Source of the DNA: Dehalococcoidia bacterium
GTDB lineage: Bacteria > Chloroflexota > Dehalococcoidia > Plut-88900
Length of the DNA: 64,000 nt
Direction of reading: 5' to 3'
NCBI GenBank assembly: GCA_965207225.1
Contig: CBDBLV010000004.1
Coordinates: 839,397-903,396 of the forward strand
Part shown: piece by piece, positions 60,935 to 64,000 of the stretch
Layout: every line of letters starts with the position of its first letter
How positions within the stretch are numbered: position 1 is the first letter of the stretch
Notes under the pieces: model-generated
Database searches by the model: none
What the model saw: the letters and a program-made list of their open reading frames with translations, nothing else
What the model was told of the DNA's origin: nothing
Translations under genes and position numbers: made by a program

Positions 60935-63229
60935 CTACGTATGGGTCTCTTCTGCGTTCTCGCCTCTCTGTCGGTGTCCGCCCGGCCTCCACTCGATGAC
61001 CTCCGTTTCCTCCGGGGTGGCCTCGATGCGGACGGGGAAGCGGTGTCCCTTCGCCAGCAACAGTCCGTCCCCACGGGGACACGACAGCAGCCAGCGCTGG
61101 AGGTCTTCGGGCAGGTCGAACGCGTCGCCCACGGTGCCTATGGCCGCCGCGTCCTGCTGCAAGAGCAGCTTGAAGGCGGCGTTCTGGAGAAGCGCCCTCC
61201 CCGAATGGCCGGTGATGGTCCTCGACGAGTCCTCGGACAAAAGGTCCTGGACGTCCTGGGTGATGAACTGAAGCCCCAGCCGGTGTTTCCTGGCGCGTTT
61301 CGCCATAGACACCATGAAGGCCGCGCCCTCGGGGTGCTGCATGATGCTCCATACCTCGTCCACCACCAGCAGCCTCGGCTTGGGGTTCTGGGCGGCCGCC
61401 GCCCACACCGTCTCGGTGCAGACCATCGCCGCTGCGGGCCTCAGCTCTGGTTCGAGGAGGCGAAGATCGAAGACGGTGACCAACGCCTCGTTGCCGAGCA
61501 GGTCGTCCCCCTCGTCGGAGAGCAGGTTGCGGAGGCTGCCGGTGGCGAAGGGCCTCAGCAGGTGGGCTATGTCCGGGGCCTGCCCTTCGAGATACTTGTA
61601 AAAGTCCCTGAAGCCGGTGCGTTCGCGGTGTTCCGCGTAGTAGCCCGCCAGGGCGTGGTCGAGGGAGGCCCTGCGCTCCGCGCCGAGGCTCTCGCCCACC
61701 ATGACTTCAATCAGACGGCGCAGGCTCCCGATCCTCTGGAGCAGCTCCTCGGAGTCGCCCCGGTCGATGACGAAGGGGTTCATGCCCTGGCCCTCAACTC
61801 CGGGGGACAGCACACGGCCTCCGGCGGCGCGAGCCATGTCCGCGTACTCCCCCTCCGGGTCGATGACGTAGGCGGTGACGCCGCGCGTCAATCCCCTGAG
61901 CACGCCCAGCTTGGTTGCGAAAGACTTGCCGCTGCCCGACCGTGCGAGGACTGCCGTGTTGGCGTTGAGATGGGTGCCGTCCCAGGGGTCGTAGACCACG
62001 GGGGAGCAGGCCCGCATGTCGATGCCGTAGAGGGTGCCGCTTCTTGTGTCCAGGTCCGGCGGCGAGAAGGGGAAGAGCCTCGCAAGGCTGGACGTGTCCA
62101 GGGTCCTCCACTCGGCCACGGCGTTCAGGGCCAGGGGCAAGGTCGATAGCAGCCCCTCCCGCTGCCTGAACGCCAGGTTGTCCAGCTTGCCGAGAGTGGC
62201 GGCAAAATGGGCCTTGGCCCTCTGGGTCATCTCCTTCAGCGACGCCTCGTCCTTCGCGTGGAGGGTCACGGATAAAGAGGAGTGAAATAGGCGCTCCCTG
62301 CCCCTCTGCACCTCGTCCCTGAGCCTTGTCACGTCCTCCAGGGCGATCTCGGCCTCCGGCGACATGGTGCGGCCACGCTTGAACGAGAGACTCTGCGCCG
62401 ATTCGAACCTGACCTTCTGCCACTCCAATGTCCTGGCCGCCTGCTCGGCGGGGATCGGCCCCAGATGAATGGACAGGTCCATGGGCGCTCCCGCCGCCAT
62501 GAGTCCTTGCAGGAACCCCGGGGCCAGCGATCTCGGCCACTTGCCCAGGTGAAGGGAGCGGATGAGATGCGTGCCAATGCGCATGTCGCGCCGGTTGACC
62601 TGCACCTCGATCTCTTCGTTCTCGTCCACGTCAACAGGCGAGCCACCCAGGGCTGCGGCTACAAGGAACATTCGAAGCTGCCTGCCCCTGAGGGGGTGGA
62701 CGGAGAGTCCGGCCCTCGCCAGCAGGCCCCGCAGCTCGTCGATACGGGAGTGCTCGCAGACGGCGTAGAAGCGCCGGTCCAGGATGCCGTCCCGGGTCTC
62801 TAGGTCGGTGAGCAGGCGCCTGAGCGACTCCGATGCCGCTCTCGTCTGCGGCGGCAGGTCGTCGGGTTGGGCCTCTTGCAGCTTCTCCCGCAGACCGCCA
62901 AGGCGCGGCGGGTGCTGGCGCATGAGCAGCTGCACCGGGAAGTCGAGGGCGTTGAGCGCCCCGGCGAAGGCCCCAAGCTTCGGCTCGTCGATCTCCAGCC
63001 CCATCACCTCGCACACGCCCAGCTGCACCCCGTCCAGCCGCACCGGGCCGTCCTCGCCCAGGTGCGACAGCATGAAGAACAGGGGCAGGTCGGGCGGGAG
63101 TTTCGGCGCGGGCGGCTCCGACGTGGAACGGGTCTTCGTTTCGGTGTTCGCATTGCGCGTCTGAACATCGCCCTCCTCTGAGGGATGCCGCTCTCCGCCT
63201 CTCATCAGGTTCAGAAAAAACTCTTTCAC
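60935..63229 (-). CDS. virB4: VirB4-like conjugative ATPase
   Basis: NANTAVLARSGSGKSF, IDPEGEY, VVDEVW, KRARK, ITQDVQD. Confidence 0.82.
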   Translation of the reverse strand: MKEFFLNLMRGGERHPSEEGDVQTRNANTETKTRSTSEPPAPKLPPDLPLFFMLSHLGEDGPVRLDGVQLGVCEVMGLEIDEPKLGAFAGALNALDFPVQLLMRQHPPRLGGLREKLQEAQPDDLPPQTRAASESLRRLLTDLETRDGILDRRFYAVCEHSRIDELRGLLARAGLSVHPLRGRQLRMFLVAAALGGSPVDVDENEEIEVQVNRRDMRIGTHLIRSLHLGKWPRSLAPGFLQGLMAAGAPMDLSIHLGPIPAEQAARTLEWQKVRFESAQSLSFKRGRTMSPEAEIALEDVTRLRDEVQRGRERLFHSSLSVTLHAKDEASLKEMTQRAKAHFAATLGKLDNLAFRQREGLLSTLPLALNAVAEWRTLDTSSLARLFPFSPPDLDTRSGTLYGIDMRACSPVVYDPWDGTHLNANTAVLARSGSGKSFATKLGVLRGLTRGVTAYVIDPEGEYADMARAAGGRVLSPGVEGQGMNPFVIDRGDSEELLQRIGSLRRLIEVMVGESLGAERRASLDHALAGYYAEHRERTGFRDFYKYLEGQAPDIAHLLRPFATGSLRNLLSDEGDDLLGNEALVTVFDLRLLEPELRPAAAMVCTETVWAAAAQNPKPRLLVVDEVWSIMQHPEGAAFMVSMAKRARKHRLGLQFITQDVQDLLSEDSSRTITGHSGRALLQNAAFKLLLQQDAAAIGTVGDAFDLPEDLQRWLLSCPRGDGLLLAKGHRFPVRIEATPEETEVIEWRPGGHRQRGENAEETHT

Positions 63230-63250
63230 TTCGTTCGCTTCCTTTTCTCA

Positions 63251-63568
63251 CTAGGGGACTGGAATGGGGATGACGCCGTGGCTCAGCAGCGCGGCGACGC
63301 CCTTGGCGGACAGAACCAGCGCCAGGCCGATGACGGCCAGCACCACTGCGGTCTTGGCCCTGCCGCCGCCCCGCTCCTCCGCGCCCTCGGCCATCAGGAC
63401 GAACCCCGCCCAGACGACGGCGAAGACGGCGAGTCCGGCGGCGGCGTAGGCCATCGCGGTCAGCACCGCGTCGAAGGCGGCCAGCATCGCCCGCTCCTCG
63501 GCCGGGGCCGCGCCGACGGTCGCCAACGCAGCCCCGGCAAGGAGGATTGCCGTCCATGCCCGTCTCAC
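63251..63568 (-). CDS. VirB2/TrbC-like pilin
   Basis: Leader plus two hydrophobic helices with AG..LM...G.E....RAK..V..AVIGL. Confidence 0.62.
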   Translation of the reverse strand: MRRAWTAILLAGAALATVGAAPAEERAMLAAFDAVLTAMAYAAAGLAVFAVVWAGFVLMAEGAEERGGGRAKTAVVLAVIGLALVLSAKGVAALLSHGVIPIPVP

Positions 63569-64000
63569 CAGAGCCTGCCCTCAGCTTGACTGGGGGGCCA
63601 CTCCCATCCCAACCGGCGGAACCAGTCGGTCAGGTCGCCGCCGGGCGTCTGCTCGGCGGGCGGGTCTTCGGGCTCGGGCTCCGGCAGAATCAGCACCGCA
63701 AAGGCGTCGTCGGACCCGATTTCGGAGGCCAGGGATAGGGACTCTTCCCTTGTCTTGGTGAGGGGTTCCCGGTCGGTCGTCTCAGCCTTGACGTGCTCGG
63801 GATGGACGATGGTGAGGGTCACGTCCCTCTGCACCGTCTCGCCGGGCACCGACAGGGTGGCGGAGACGGTGTGCTCCGTGGTCGTTCCGTCGTCGCTGGT
63901 GACGGTGACCGTCTCGCTGACGGTCCGGGTCGTCCCCGGCCTGTACAGGCTCACCGTCTCGGTGCGCTTCTCCGTCCGCTCCGGGTGGTGGGTGAGCGTC
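63565..64000 (-). CDS. Thr-rich hypothetical protein, 3' part (extends beyond window)
   Basis: Open frame overlapping the pilin start; co-oriented with the tra genes. Confidence 0.55.
   Translation of the reverse strand, partial: TLTHHPERTEKRTETVSLYRPGTTRTVSETVTVTSDDGTTTEHTVSATLSVPGETVQRDVTLTIVHPEHVKAETTDREPLTKTREESLSLASEIGSDDAFAVLILPEPEPEDPPAEQTPGGDLTDWFRRLGWEWPPSQAEGRLW

Overview
GC-rich bacterial accessory region, probably from an uncultured Chloroflexota/Dehalococcoidia-like organism (inference from gene style, e.g. an LRR/Thr-Pro lipoprotein). It contains no housekeeping operon, rRNA, tRNA or CRISPR array that I can see. The core is three paralogous integrative modules, each [VirD4-like coupling ATPase]-[Replic_Relax-family relaxase]-[variable TA slot]-[large serine recombinase]. 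Modules A (25969-34039) and B (33592-41414) lack mating-pore genes and are joined tail-to-tail at a 54-bp symmetric att-like site lying inside both recombinase ORFs. Module C (53331->64000) also has VirB4 and a pilin. A 9-bp direct repeat GGCCCACCA (33938, 53338) bounds a ~19.4-kb element B. A ~170-200-bp non-coding repeat with a conserved sigma70-like promoter occurs at the distal ends of the elements and precedes single, unrelated defence-like genes. Cargo is defence-rich: a Swt1-HEPN-DGQHR + DGQHR pair, an NDT-like protein, a type I R-M operon stuffed with TA, DUF2806 and a TIR + membrane-protein pair, DUF262 + HEPN, and an ApeA-like HEPN. There is also an LRR-protease lipoprotein, a decayed dnaE2-SRAP cassette and many IS elements or remnants. 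All family assignments come from motif recognition by eye, not database searches.
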